A stretch of DNA of 64,000 nt from Blepharisma stoltei ATCC 30299. Taxonomy: Eukaryota > Protista > Ciliophora. A model generated the notes under the pieces. The model saw nothing but the letters and a program-made list of their open reading frames with translations, ran no database searches and was not told the DNA's origin. The position numbers and the translations under genes were made by a program. Shown here piece by piece: positions 40,309-55,373 of the stretch. The stretch spans positions 1 through 64,000 of the forward strand of contig CBFDEM010000008.1 of the NCBI GenBank assembly GCA_965603825.1, in the 5' to 3' direction. Each line of letters starts with the position of its first letter. The stretch's first letter is position 1.

Positions 40309-41057
40309 GTTTAAAGGTTTTTATATATTTGGTGCCATAATTTTCCAAGACTTTTTACCTTTAAGATCAGAACAATTTTATTTTATAATTCTAGGTTAAA
40401 AGAAATCTAATATATTTTATAGGTCACAATCCCAAGTAATACCTAAAACAATAGCTCGCTATTCGATATAGGTAGTAAAATAAAAAAAATAAACACTTCA
40501 AAAATCTGTAAATAATTTTAATTTAAATTTTTGAAGATCTATTTATTTCAAATATCAATTTTTTAAGACTGAAGTAATTTTAAATCATATATCTCTGAGT
40601 ATATAGTAAAAAATTTATCACATTAGTTACAAGCCATTAAATATAACATCAGATTTGATGATTAAATTTTTATTGCATATAAAACAATAAGCTAATTTAA
40701 TAATTTATTCAATTTAAGAATTGATATGATCATATTCAGAAACTCATATTTATATAAATGATTTAATATCATTTATTGTTTTTGAGTAATTTTGCTGCAT
40801 ATTAGATTGAGGTTGTGATATATTTTAATTATTTTTCAGTAATTTTTTGTAATAAAAAGATTTTATTAATTTGATTCTTAAACTAGAATATTAATTCTCT
40901 CATCATATCAATTAAATAGTGATAAAAAACTATTGAAAAGTTAATCAGATAAAATTAAATAATGCATATCTCCTTCATAAAAAATCAGTTTTTGTTGATC
41001 AATTAATTTTTTTCAAAAAACATATATTATCATAATAATTTTAAAATTTATTAATAA

Positions 41058-44000
41058 ATGAACTATATGATGATTTTATTAAAACTTTGGTTGGTAGAGA
41101 GCATAGACCTTATATGCAGTGCGTCACAATGTCCGGATATTTGAGTAATTTTAATTTAGAAAGGAAACCGCAAATGTGACCCTGAATGCATGACTCCATA
41201 TTGCAACTACGACACTTTACTTACTCTTGATGGACAAGCCCTCAAAGAAAGCTCTGATTGCTATAGTTCTTGTATTAATTTCAGCGGGTGTGACCCGAAA
41301 AACCTTGGAAATGGAGTATGTGATGATTCTTGTAATACTCAAAATTGCGGTTTTGACTGAGGAGATTGTACTTGCGCTCCAGGATGTCTGAATTCAATGC
41401 TAGGAGATGGAAACTGTGATGAATCTTGCAACAATTGAGACTGCGACCTTGACAATCATGATTGTGGAGCATGTGCTGATGGATGCTTTCCGGCTATGCT
41501 TGGAAATGGCATATGCGATCAAGAATGCAATAATGAAGACTGCTTATATGATTATAAAGACTGCCAATGCTCAGAAGGTTGCTTATGGGAAGATTATGGG
41601 TCATGCAAGCCAGAATGCATGGTAGCGAACTGCAATTATGATAACATAACTCAATACCCAAATAATCAATGCCAAAATACCTCTTTAGCACTCTTTTCTT
41701 CTTATCAACAAATCATCCGCAAAGATTTTTTATATGTGACTCATCTTGAGGATTGTTATAAAGCCTCAAATTATGAATGCACTCTAGAAAAAGCATTAAA
41801 TTTTGATTCATACAGTGAACAAGAAGAATGCAATTATCTTGAGTGCAACTATGGAAATGGGCATCTTGGAACATCATCTGATGATTGCTGACGATTTTAC
41901 AATGGTACAAGATGCTTATCTTGCCAGAAAATCTGGCTTTGAATTTACCTTGCTTTGGCAGATGAAAAATGCGTTGATTATTCATATTTATCTTCAAGCC
42001 CATCGGTATTTCCAGATGGATCTGTTGTAGTTGTCCCAGTAAATGATACTTCTTCATCTAAAAATCCTCATATTTATTTCATATGCCCAGAAGCAGCTTG
42101 GGATCCTGAAAGCGGGGAAGGAACTTATTTTTCTCCTTTTCAGTCTCTTACTTATGCTCTTCGTAATATTAATTACAAGTACTCAATTATTTATTTATTA
42201 GATTGTGATGGATATAACTTAACAACATATCATTCAAGTTTGAATCCTGGGATTGAAATGACTCAAGATGTTGCATTTGCAGGAAAACATGTTATAATTA
42301 CCCCGCTCTACAGCTCAAAAATAACGATAGAAAGAGCTATGAATGATGCATATGAAGAAAATTATAGTTTTAGATTGTACTTCAAAGATACTCTAAGTAT
42401 TGAGATAAGGAATGTGATTTTCGATTGAAAAAATACTGCTCCCACTTGCAATGATGATGCTTATTGTGATTATTGCCCTTATGTAGTTTATGATTCAAAA
42501 GATAATACTCCCTATAACGACAGAGGAGATATCTTAAGTGATTTTTTATCATCTGAATGATGTGAGTATGATAAAAATCTGATTTTTATAGAAATCAAAT
42601 CAAGCAATTTATTGCTAAAAAATGTCAGTTTTATTAACTTTAGGACAGGCTTTAACTCCCTATTCATGATAAGAAATGATACAAATGTAACATTTTATGA
42701 TGTTACTTTTGAGAATATTAAGGTTAGTGACGATTATGAATCCTGGGTTATCCGATGAAATGGAAATGGCTATGGGAATTTTAAGTTTGAAAATGGAGTG
42801 GTAAGCAGACTTAACAATGGATATGAACTATATGATCCTATTAATACTAAAGGATTCTTGAATGCTACTGGAATTAATGCAGTAGTTTTTAGAAATGTTG
42901 AGTTTCGAGATAATGTTGTATTTAAGCAGTCTGTAGCCGGACTAAATGTTGCCTCATTGATATATTTGAATTTATTTCAAGCTCTTTGAATTGAGACTTG
43001 CACATTTTTGCATAATTTATGTGATTTTGCAATAATTAATATTCAGCAGCAGTCTAGCAACTTTCCAGTAGAAATTGACGATGATGGGATTATTCTTTAC
43101 TCGAAACTCAACAATATTTATATTTTTAACTCCATTTTTGAATCAAATTATGGAAGAATTGGTGGAGTGCTCCATGCTTTATATGAGTATGAAAGTCAGA
43201 ATTTTCTGATTGAGAACTCATCATTTACTTTAAATGGGGTAGAAAGAGGCTCTTTAATACACATTGAGAGTGATTATATAAATAATGATTACTTAGTCGA
43301 TAGTACATTGAGTGTAATATCGCCTGATGGAAATACTGTAATAGGGAAATATTTAGCTAAGTGAGGGAGATTTCAAAATTCAAATTTTACAAGAAATTAC
43401 TCAGGAGGAGCTGGAATAATTGAAACAATAAGAATGATTAACATTAAATGAGAGAAATTGAATATAGACTCAAATGGTTTACTTTTATCTGAAGCTATGA
43501 ACATAAACTCAATTTTTATGAAATTATATATAGAAAATCCTTTGGTTTATGCTAAATTCAATATAACTAATCCTACTGATCTAAATTGCAAATCTCTATC
43601 AATAGTATCAGACTCAGTCAATTTCAATATAGAAGCATCAAGTATAGAAAAAAATTACTGTATGCACTCCTCTCCTAGTATTATTATTTCAAACGCACTT
43701 AGTATATTAAAATCAGTTTATTTCGACGATAATAAAGGAACAGGAAGTAATGGTATTTGTTTAGCATTTCTTGAAGATGCACATTCTGAAATTCTAGATT
43801 CTGAATTTAATTCTAATATAAACTATCAATCTGGTAGTCCCGGAGGTATAAGTAGCCTATCGAGCGTACTTATACAAAACTGCTCATTTTTTAACAACAT
43901 AGGCACACTTTTGTTTAAAGGCAAAAATCTTAGTATTTTTTCCTCTAATTTTGATTCCAATAGCTCACCCAGGTCAAATGGGGGTGCTATTTCTGTTTCA

Positions 44001-47000
44001 TCATCAATAGATAGCATAGAATCCTCTACATTTTTTATTTCAAATGCAACTTTCACAAATAATTCCTGCTCTTTTAGCGGAGGAGCAATTTATATAGAAA
44101 AAGTAAGTCCATTAGATTCGCCGTTGAAACTGCAAATATATAGCACTAATTTTTTGAATAATCAAGCTTTAGATGGCTCTTGTATTTATATAGATAACAG
44201 CTTAGGGCTTTATTCTAATTCTTCAGTTAGTGATTGCTCTTTTCAAGAAAATATAGCAAGCTTCTCAGGCACTATTTTGGCTTATTATCTCTATGGAATC
44301 CTGGTTTTTGATAACTGCGAATTTGTTAAAAATAAAGCAATTTATAGCTCCGGACTTAATATAGCTATAGGGGAAAATACTGATATAAAAAACTCAAAAA
44401 TAATTCTAAATTCTTGTACTTTTCGGTATAATTCTGGACATACAACAGTTTTTATGGATAATTCCAATATAAACTCTACCTTAGAAGTTTATGAGTCTTT
44501 ATTTGAATATAATTACGGCTCAACATTTTTACTTGACAATGACTATGCAGTTGTAAAGGACTCCAAGGTTCAGCACAATTTTTCTCCTAGCTCTGGTGGG
44601 GCATTAAATCTTAAGAACTCAGCAATATTTGAATCAAAAAGTACGATTTATTTAAACTGCAGTAGCAGCGTTAATGGCGGAGTTGCTTCTATTAGTTTAA
44701 ACTCTAAATTTATCTGTTTTTCATGTGTTTTTAGCACAAACAATGCTGATTCTTCAGGAGGTGCTATATATGCTGACTCAGATGCTGAATTTTACATTTC
44801 AGATTCCATCATTAATAAAAATTCATGTAAAAATAAAGGATCAGCCATATTTATGGCTAGCTCATCAGCTGGTTCAACAATATACAATACTGAAATTTCA
44901 GAAAACTACGCATATAATGACGGAGCTATATTTATATTATCATCATATATTTATATGCTTTCATCAAAAATTTACAAAAATACTGCCTATGGAAAAAATC
45001 CAGGCTTATATATTGATGACTCAAGTGCTATGATTTCTAATACATCGTTTTTTGACCAAAGTGGAAACCAAGGGTGTTTTATTTATATGAGCACGAGCTA
45101 TGCTAATATAATTAACTCAGCCTTTTATGAAGGTTTTTCTAATAGTTCTGGTATTGCAATACATGCGACATCTAGCAGTATCGAAATTTCTTCTTCAGGA
45201 TTTTCTAATCTTTTTTCTAATGATACTGGAGGATCAATTTACTTGTATGGAGGCAATATTCTTTCTATCAAAGACTCAGAGTTCTTGAACTCGAGCTCAT
45301 CAATAGACTCGTATTCAAGCTCTGTTTTTATAGAAAATACATTATTTAAGAATCATACAAATACAGCTATATATTTAAGCCAAATTGAGGAACTAAAAAT
45401 ATCAGGCTCGAAATTTATTAATGGTTTTGGAATTAATGGTGGGGCTGTATATTGCACACAATGCAATATTATTTTAGTCGTGGAGTCTTTATTTAATAGC
45501 AATTTAGGGATAGATGGAGGAGCAATTTATGTTGAAAATGAAGCTGATCATTCAGAAATATCTCAAATCACTATTAATTCTTCTAATTTTCAGCATAATT
45601 CAGCTAGTAATGGAGGTGCAATTTGAGCAAATAACATTAATTTGCAAATTTTATTATCAGTTTTCAACGGAAACAAAGTTGAAACATTGCTTCAATATAG
45701 CCTACAAGACATAGAAGATGGGATTGGAGGAGCAATAAAGATAGGCTGCAAAGAATCAAACTCTGTCTGCCACTTTAATATTTCATCAAGCACTTTTAAT
45801 AATAATAGTGCAAGCTATAAAGGTGGAGCAATAAGTTGGGATGATTCGAAGCCATTTTTTTACAATAATTACTTTGAAAATAATTCAGCACAGTATGGAC
45901 CAGATATCTCTTCTTTTCCAACAATGATGATTTTTCTAAACAATGAAACAAGAAACCTTCAAAGCAAAACTATATCAAATAATGGAAGCATTATAACAAT
46001 TAACAATGTTGCATCAGGCCAAACAAATAACCCTTTATTAGCTTTTGCTCTGGTTGATGATCTTTATCAAATAATTACTACAGATACTTCAAGTCAAGCA
46101 CAGATTCAAGCAATAACTGCTGATACAGTTATATCAGGCTCTACACTTACTTATGCAAAAAATGGGATTTATTATTTTGATGACTATATAATTTCAGCAA
46201 AGCCAGGCTCTTCAACTTATATTAATATAGTTTCTTCAGCAATTGATACACAAAAAATAGGCACATCGAGTGAAATTCTTGAAATGTCATCAAATTTCTC
46301 TATAGGAGTTAATTTGCGCTTATGTGAAATGGGGGAAGCTACAGTTGGACTTATTTGTGAAATTTGTCCTAAGCACTACTATAATATTGATGCTAGTAAT
46401 TCTAAGTGTTTAGAATGCCCATCGAATGCAATTTGCTATGGAAATTTTTCAATAGTCCCCAAATCAGGCTACTGAAGGGATAATATTTTGACAGATAAAT
46501 TTTGGAAATGCCCGCATCCACCAGCGTGTTTGGGCTCCCCTAGTGCTTCTAATTTATCTTTAACTGGAATTTGTGATAAAGGCTATGAAAATAATATGTG
46601 CCATTCGTGCGAATATGGTTATTCACGATTATATAGAAATGAATGTCAAATTTGCCCTGACTATGCTACTAATATTTTTAGATGGATAGGGATTTCTTTA
46701 TTTTTAGTATTTATCACAATTGTTATCTTTAAAACAACAAGAAATTCCTGATTCGAGCCGAAACATTTCTCTTCAATTTACATAAAAATATTTTGAAATT
46801 ATTCACAGATAATCATCATTATAGCAACTTATAATTTAAATTGGCCACAAGAAGTAACAGAATTTTTTTATGCCCAGACATCTTTAGATTATATTAGTCG
46901 GCAGCTGTTTTCATTTGATTGTTTCTTACAATTATCAAATTCAAAAAGCAATATTTATTATATAAAAATTTTGATAACTAGTATAACTCCATTTGCTGTA

Positions 47001-47975
47001 GGTTTGCTCTGTCTGGGATTTTGAGTTATAATATATATCATAAAAAAGAAAAGCATAAAAGAAGTTAAAGATGAGTTTATATCTACTTCAATCATTTTGC
47101 TATTTTTAATACAGCCAAGTATAATTGATACCATTTTAAATGCTTTTAGCTGTAAAGAAATTAATTCTGGAGAATATTGGCTTAATGTAGATTTAGGAAT
47201 TAGATGTTGGGATCATAATCATCTTTTTTATACTCTTTTAGTGGCTTTACCTACAATATCTATATGAGTTTTTATAGTACCTTTGCTTTGCCTTATAAAT
47301 TTGATAAAAAATAAAAATCACTTAGGAGAAACATGGATGAAAAAGAGATATGGATTTTTTTGCATTGGTTATAAGCTAAAATATTATTATTGGGAATTCG
47401 TTATTTTATTTTATAAAGTCATTTTAATTGGTATTTCCGTATTTCTATCAAATATTTCAGCAAATATTCAAGCCCTAACAGCAGTTCTTTTCTTTGCACT
47501 ATTTCTCCATATTCACTATAGGAATGAACCATTCAATGAAACATTTTTTAATAAAGCAGAAACTTTATCAAGATTAGTCTTATTAATAACAATTCTGGGT
47601 GGCCTTTGTTTTTTAACTAGTGATTGGGGTACTGCGATTACATATTTTTTACTTGTCCTTTTAATATTTCTCAATTCACTATTTATCGCATACATTTTAG
47701 CTAAGTTTTTTTTGCAATTTGAAATATTTGGCCTTATAATGATGAGGATATGGAGATTTTTCTATTCTAGAGGGAAAAAATATATAGTTGGGGTTGACTC
47801 TGCTGATGAAAGCGAGCTAGATCAGTGCCAATCTCAAAAAGATAGCGGAAAAATAGGAAACGCTTCGACAATTTCAGATAACACAAAAATTGGAATAGTT
47901 TTCAAGGAAGATTTAAGAAATTCAATAGAATTAGACCCTTTTTGCTCAATGGAAAGCATCTATACCTCAAAATAA
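41058..47975 (+). CDS. Receptor copy A5, ~2300 aa after splicing (intron 41145-41159; UGA=Trp)
   Basis: Pieces 41496, 41955, 42798, 43008, 43458, 45642, 46488 and 47283 are all in frame with ATG 41058. Same domain order. Most similar to A4. Confidence 0.9.
41145..41159 (+). other. 15-nt intron GTAATTTTAATTTAG
   Basis: 87 nt after ATG, with an in-frame TAG. Confidence 0.92.
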
Positions 47976-48180
47976 ATTTAAAAATTATCATAATAAAATT
48001 ATTTCTTCATCAATAAATATAATAAAATAACATAAAACAGTGCATATTGACATTAGAGCAAGCAACTTTTAGTTAAATATTAATGATTAATTTGTTAATC
48101 CCCAATTACTTCAGAGCTAATTTAATTTAATTTTGTTTTAAATATAAAAGATAAACAATTTTTATGATATAATTCTTTTT

Positions 48181-51100
48181 ATGAGGCTCATAGCATTCCT
48201 CTTTTTATTTCAAGTTTTAGGAATCAACATAACTTGTAACATGAATGAATGCTCCCCAATCTTCGTAGATCCTAAATAGAGAGGTGATGGCTCATGTGAT
48301 ACCCGCTGCATGCTCCCATATTGTAATTTCGACTCAAAAGAATATTACCATTCAGATCCTGAAAAATCTGATTGCATTGAAACCTGCAAATCTTTTTGCT
48401 TTTACGATCAGCCTGGTGATGGAATTTGCAAGGAAGAATGCAATAAACCATCATGTGGGTTTGATTTTGGTAATTGTGGGTATTGCGCTCCATCATGTAA
48501 TCAATATTTAGGCTTTCAGTGACAATTAGGAGGAACCTGCGATCCTGAGTGTAATACAACTTCGTGCTATTATGATTATGGAGCTTGCTTAGATTGTGCA
48601 ATTGATTGTAAGTCAAATATATGAGGAGATGGAAATTGTGATGAGGAATGCAATAACAAGGAATGCAATTTTGACAATGGAGACTGTTTAAATGTGACTT
48701 GTGCTGCTGGATGTTATAAGTGGATGATAGGAAACTCAATTTGTGATGAAGCATGCTATGTGGAAGAGTGCAATTTTGATGATTATGATTGTGATTGCTC
48801 TCCAGGCTGTGATTCTTCATTATTAGAAAATGGGGAATGTAATGAAGTTTGTAATAATGATGCCTGCGATTATGATAAAGGAGACTGTGGATACTGTGCA
48901 CGTGGTTGCTTTTTAGATATGCTAATGAATGATGTTTGTGATGATATTTGCAATACTTTTCGATGCAAATATGATTATTATGCTTGCAAATGCACAGATG
49001 GCTGTTTAGCGGAAGACTATGGAAAATGCAAACCAGAATGTTTAGTGGTTGATTGTAAGTACGACCAAATAAGCAAAGATACCCAAAAGTGATGCAATAA
49101 TACAGAACTCGTCAAGTATTCCTTTTATCAACAAATTATGACTATAGATTTTGATAGTCCAGTTAGTTTTGATCGCTGCTTAGAAGCATCTTCCCAATGC
49201 AGCTTAGCTATGTCTTTAGATTCAGAATCATGCTACCCTGAGTGCTATTATAAAGAATGCAATTTTGGCTTATGCAATTTTACATATGAATGCATGGAAC
49301 GTAATAATCCAGATTTTTGAGAATTATGCATGCCTTGCGAAGGCTATATATGGGAGGGTGAATGCTATACATTAGGCAAAACTCAATCTGTATTTATATT
49401 TGGCATTGGAGTTAGATACCCAAGCAAATTATTAGCTGCAGGGTATCCAGATTTCAGCATATTCTATGCCACTTCTACACAAGCTGGAGACCAGTCTTCT
49501 GGGGATGGAAGTGCTGATTATCCTTACGAAACCTTAGACTATGCTCTGTCATCTATGTATAAATTACAAAAAAGAACAAGTTTTTTATATTTAGCTGATG
49601 ATGGAGATTATTACTTAAACGATTGCAGTGCTTTTAGAGATGGCGGTATACATTTTGTAATAAAGGGATATGAAGGTGGCAAAGCAACTATTAAAGTAAA
49701 TGGCTGAAGTAAATTTACTTGTTTTATTATGGGAGGAGCTACTTTTGAAAATATAATTTTTGATGGGTCAAGGCAATATATTACATGCAGCGACTCAGAG
49801 TATTGCGAATATTGCTCTTATAGTACCTATAATGAAAGTGACGGTAATTACTATAATGATAGAAATCAAAATATTTCTCAGAATTTACCTATTCAGGATT
49901 GTATCAATAATCAAGGTTCTTCCCTTAGTCTTTTTTTAATGAGCCAATGCACTCTAACTCTAAAAAATGTTGAAATAAAAAATTTCCGATATAATTATGA
50001 TCACATTATAAGTGGTGATAAACTTTTGAGATTATTAAATGTTAGCTTTGACAATATACAGCTAAATGGGATGGAGAGTAGTGCAGTTATATATATGGAT
50101 ATTCCTGAACCAGATGGATTTCTTCAGATAACTTACAAAGAAGGCTCTGTAACAAGGCTAAATAATGGATATGAAATTGATGACCCAATTGACTTTAGGG
50201 GATTTTTATATGTATCCCATTCTATTTCAGTCTTGATAAAAGACGTGGAGTTCAAGTACAATTTAGTCTCTAGAAAGCCAAAAAGCACTTTAGCAAGCGC
50301 TTCATTAATTTACCTCAAAACTATAAAAGACATTGAAATAGACAATTGCACTTTTATATATAACTATTGTGAAACTGGCATTTTCTATGCTAAATTAGAA
50401 GTTAGTGAATATGAAACTATTTTTAACGAAACAAACTACTTGACATTCTTAACTTTACCTCATATCAATATTCATGATTCTAGATTTATCTCAAATTTTG
50501 GAATTTTTGGGATTATTCATATAGAGTTTTTATATAAGCTACTCAATATCAATTTAATCAATACCACATTTGAATCAAATGGTGCAGAGAGTGATTCTTT
50601 GCTTTATATATACAATCCTGCAATTATTGACGAATATAAAAATGAGACTACTATCAATATAATAAACTCTGGCCAAGGAGAACAGCTTATAATCCTATTG
50701 CCAAGATGATGCAAAATGACCAGTCTTACATTTTTGGATAATCATGCATTGAGCCTTATTAATACTACTAATTTAGTGAATTTAGATATAGAAGGCTTAA
50801 ATATTGAGTTCAATGGGTCTCCGACAGATGATAAAAATGCTAACACTTTGCTATTTAATTATTTTATTGAAAATCGAGATATTAATAAATTATATATCAG
50901 TAGCATGAAGCCCGACCCTAATCCTATTGATTGCAATTTCATGGTTTTGATAGAAAGTCCTTACAATTTTAAATTGAGGGAAATTACATTGGTGAATAAT
51001 ATATGTAGAAATTCATCTCCAACCTTTAAAATTGTTAATTCAAATATCAGAGATTTGGATTTAATTAACTGCTCTGGCAATATTGGGCATGGACAGCTGC

Positions 51101-54100
51101 CTGTATGCTTATATTTTATAGGACTTTTTGATAGAAACATTAAAAATTCGAATTTTAGTGAAAATATAAATTATCATGCATCCGGAAATGGAGTAATAAA
51201 AATAGAAGGCGAAAATAATTTATATATAACCAATTGCTTATTTTTCAACAATTCTGCAAGTTTAGCACCTTTATATTTATCAGGCAAAAGTCTTTATATT
51301 GAATTTTCGACATTTGAATCCAATGAATCAATTTATGGGAAAGGAGCAGGCTTATATTTTATTTTGGTTGATGAAGAGACATCAGCGTCAGTAATAATTT
51401 CGTCAAGCTATTTTAATAGCAATTCGGCCAACTCAAATGGAGGAGGTATATACATAGAGCAAAAGTCAACTTCTGCTATGAAGCTAGCGCTAATGATTTT
51501 TCAAACTATTTTTACCGGAAATAAAGCAAAATATGGCTCAGCCATGCATATTGATAGCTCAATTATATTAACCAAAGACTCTGCGATAGTTAGCTCTAAG
51601 TTCATAGAAAATGAGTCTACGATATCAGGAGCTATATCTTTGTATTATTATAGTGGCATTTTATCATTTCTATCATGCGATTTTATTGAAAATACTTCAC
51701 TTAAGATGGGAGCTGCTTTTCACATTGATATCTCACAAGATACTCAAAATTCCCGCTCAAAGGTTATTATTGAATCATCGATTTTCAGAAATAATATTGG
51801 AAAATATATCATTTATGCTGATAGCCAGAACAGAAACTCGTCAATTGAAACCAAAAATTGCTTATATGAATACAATAGTGGCGTTTTAGTATCACTAGAC
51901 AATGATTTTTTTATTGATAATGGCTCTGTTTTTCAATATAACTCTGCCCCTTTTGGTTCTTGCTTTAATCTTCAAAACTCAGCTATTTTATATGCAAGCT
52001 CACAGTTTTTAAATAATACCAGTTATAAATATGGAGGGGTTATTACTATGAGCTTTAAATCAATTTTTAATTGTGATAGCTGCATTTTTAGCCAGAACTC
52101 AGCTATTGGAGGTAAAGGTGGAGTTTTAGTCTCTGAGCAAGATTCTGAGTTTTTTATATCAAATTCAAGCTTTGATGAAAATTTTAGTGGCAATGATGGC
52201 TCAACTATTTTTACTTTTAACTGCAATTCTGCAACTTCTTCGATAGTAAACTCAATTTTTTTTCGAAATCGTGCATCAGGTGCAGGCGTAGTTACATTCA
52301 TAAACTCTAAAATATCTATTGTGGATTCTACATTTAAAGAAAATTCAAATGATGGACTAACATCAGGAATTAAATTAACATCCACAAATGCCAAAATTTC
52401 TAATTCAAAGTTTTTAAACCAGTCAAGCATTTCAGGGAACTTCATTTATGCTATTGCTGATAGTAATGTGGAAATACAAAATACCAGCTTTTCTAATGGA
52501 AATTCAGAAGATAGTGGAGGAGCAATTTTCTCAAGCGCGAGTCTTATGTCTATAAATTCTTCAGTTTTTACTAATTTGTCATCTCAAAAAGGAGGTGCTA
52601 TTTATTCTGTATTTGAAAGTACACTGATTATAAATAACTCTGAGTTTTCTGACCTAAAAGCTTCAGTTATAGGAGGCATTATCAATGCTAACCAAGCTTC
52701 TTTGATTATAGAAAACTCGAACTTTGATGAATTTTCTTTGACAGGAATATATGGGAAAGAGATGAAAAAATTAAATATCGCGAATTCAGGGTTTAGCAAT
52801 GGCTTTGGATCCAATGGCGGGGCAGTATATTGTGAATCTTGCAATAAAATTACTATAAATCAATCCAAATTTAATAATAACAGTGCAGCTTTATATGGTG
52901 GTGCGCTATTTTTTACAACAATAAATGAAATAAAACAAGTTCAAAATATATCTTCATGCAAATTTTCTAATAATAGTGCACAAAATGGAGGAGCAATAAA
53001 CTCAATCGATGTAAATTTACATGTTAGCTTATCAGGTTTTGAACAAAATAAAGCTGCTTCTAAGCAAGAGAATTTAAATTATGGAAATGGAGGGGGAATC
53101 TGAATTAGCTGTCCAAATATTCAGACATGCAAGTTTAAAATTCATTCAAATAACTTTGTTGAAAATACTGCAAAATACAATGGTGGAGCTATCAGTTGGG
53201 ATAATACTTTGCCTGAATTTATAAATAATTCATATAAAAATAATGCTGCTGAGTATGGAGAAAATATTGCTTCTTATCCTATTAAGCTAATGCAAGCCAA
53301 TAAAGATGGATCATTAGAAGGCTATAAAAGCAGAATACTAGCTGATTTTACATCTAATTCTAGCTTGACAGAAATAGCATCTGGACAAAATATCAAAAAT
53401 AAATTATTAGTAGCCCTAGTAGACAATATGAATAATATCATACGAACTGATAATACAAGTGAAGCAGAGCTGAAATCAACCAATTTAACTGCCCAAGTGT
53501 CAGGGAAAATTAAAGCGATAGCCAACAAAGGAATTTTTAATTTTTCTGATTTTGTTATTTCAGAAGAGCCTGGTACTGATATTCAAATTATTGTTACCTC
53601 ATCTGCAATTGATATAAATAAAATAAAAAAATCTGGAGAAACTATTTTTAGCAAAAGCTTAATTTTTGATGTGAAAATTCGAGAATGCGAAATAGGAGAG
53701 GTTAAATCAGGAAAAAATTGCGAAGTATGTCCTATAGGATTTTATAGCTTAAACCCTGAATTAATTTCATGCTTATCTTGCCCTGATGTAGCTGAATGCT
53801 ATGGAAATTATACAATAGTTCCTAAACCTGGCTATTGGAGAGACAATATGTATACAGACAAATTTTGGAAATGCCCACATTCTCCTGCTTGTCTAGGCTC
53901 TCCTGATAAAAATAATATTTCCTTAACAGGAGAATGCGAGAAAGCTTACAAAGGCAATAAATGTCAATCATGCCTAATTGGATATGTGCATACTGTGGAA
54001 AACAAGTGTGAGGAATGCCCAGATACAGCATATAATATTTTGACTATAACAGGCATAACTTTTGGACTTATGATAATTTCATTTGCAATTGTAAAAACTA

Positions 54101-55335
54101 CCAGGGAAGCTGCTTTTAGGCCAAAGTCAGTGATTTCAATATACTTAAAAATATTTTTTAATTACACACAAATGATCATTTTGGCCTCTAACTTTAAGAT
54201 GAGCTGACCAGAAGAAGTTATAAAGCTCTTTTTAGTCCAATTAAAATCAGACTATGTCTATCAGGAAATTTATTCTCTTAGTTGTCTTTTTCAAGGCGAA
54301 AATTCGCAAGATTTAGCATATTTCAGAACTCTTATCGTTGTAGCAGTAATTCCAGTTTCAATGATAATTTTATCGCTTAGCTTTTGGGCTATTTTTAAAT
54401 GGATTAAAAAAGCATATAAAAATTTTTGGGATGATTTTATATCGACGTGCATAATATTGCTGTTTTTAATACATCCAAACATAGTAAAAACTATGTTTGC
54501 ATCTATGAATTGTACAGAAATAAATGATGGAGAATACTGATTGGAAATAGATCTTGATATTATGTGTTGGGACTATGATCATATTTTTTATGTGCTTGCA
54601 GTTTCTTTGCCTTCTATTATTTTATGGGGAATTCTTTTGCCTACAATTTGTTTGATAAATCTTACGAAGAATAAAAAAAAATTAGATAACATTAGCCTTC
54701 GTCTGAGATATGGATTTCTTTTTAATGGATACAAAGAAAAGCATTTTTACTGGGAGTTTATAATTTTATACAGTAAAATCATTCTAATTTGCTGCTCAGT
54801 ATTTTTAACTAGAATCTCTTTAATACTTCAAGCCCTTATTGTATCTATTTTATACTCAATTTATCTGCATCTACAATATTTCAATAATCCTTATAATGAA
54901 CCCAACTTAAATCAGATGGAATTAAGAGCAAAGTGCGTTTGTGCAATTACTATATATTGTGGGCTTTATTATTTAATGGGCTCTGTGGGCTATATAACAA
55001 GGTATATTTTATTTATATTAATAGTCTCAGCAAATTTGTATTTTTTAATTTACTGGGCTTGGTATCTCTTAAAAGAAGTTTTAGCAAAAATAAATAAATT
55101 TATTAGGAGTTGGATAAATAAAAGCAGAATAAGCAGTCAAGGAAAAGAAAGTCACTTAAATAATAAAGACCTAGAAGACTCGAAAAATATTTTTAGCCAA
55201 AGAGAAAATATATCAATTTCATCAAATGATAACTTTTTATGGGAAAACCAAATTTTGAGTAAAGATCCGGTTGAATACAGTCAAATTGAAACAAGAAAAA
55301 ATTTCGAGCTAGTTTCTGAGGAGCTAAGTAGCTAA
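48181..55335 (+). CDS. Receptor copy B3 (subfamily B, about 7 canonical plus 2 degenerate LNR repeats), ~2379 aa after splicing (intron 48265-48279; UGA=Trp)
   Basis: ATG 48181 (MRLIAFLFLFQVLG). Pieces 48310, 48694, 49138, 49330, 49729, 50716, 53209 and 54541 are in one frame. Motifs GDGSADYPY, GGAI/FxxN and RYGFLFNGYKEKHFYWE. Stop TAA 55333-55335. Confidence 0.91.
48265..48279 (+). other. 15-nt intron GTAGATCCTAAATAG
   Basis: Homologous position, in-frame TAG, A at position 10. Removal gives CSPIFRGDGSCD. Confidence 0.88.
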
Positions 55336-55373
55336 GTATTAAAATAAAATTGATTTTTTATTAGAAATAAAAA

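Noticed and set aside
3253-54482. Many short alternative-frame and antisense ORFs (e.g. 3253, 3892, 5696, 44725, 48272, 52023)
   Set aside because: They are shadows of the long receptor CDSs and recur only because the host genes are duplicated.
2904-55335. Selenoprotein (UGA=Sec) reading of the Cys-rich genes
   Set aside because: At the homologous codons checked, TGA alternates mainly with TGG and not with Cys codons.
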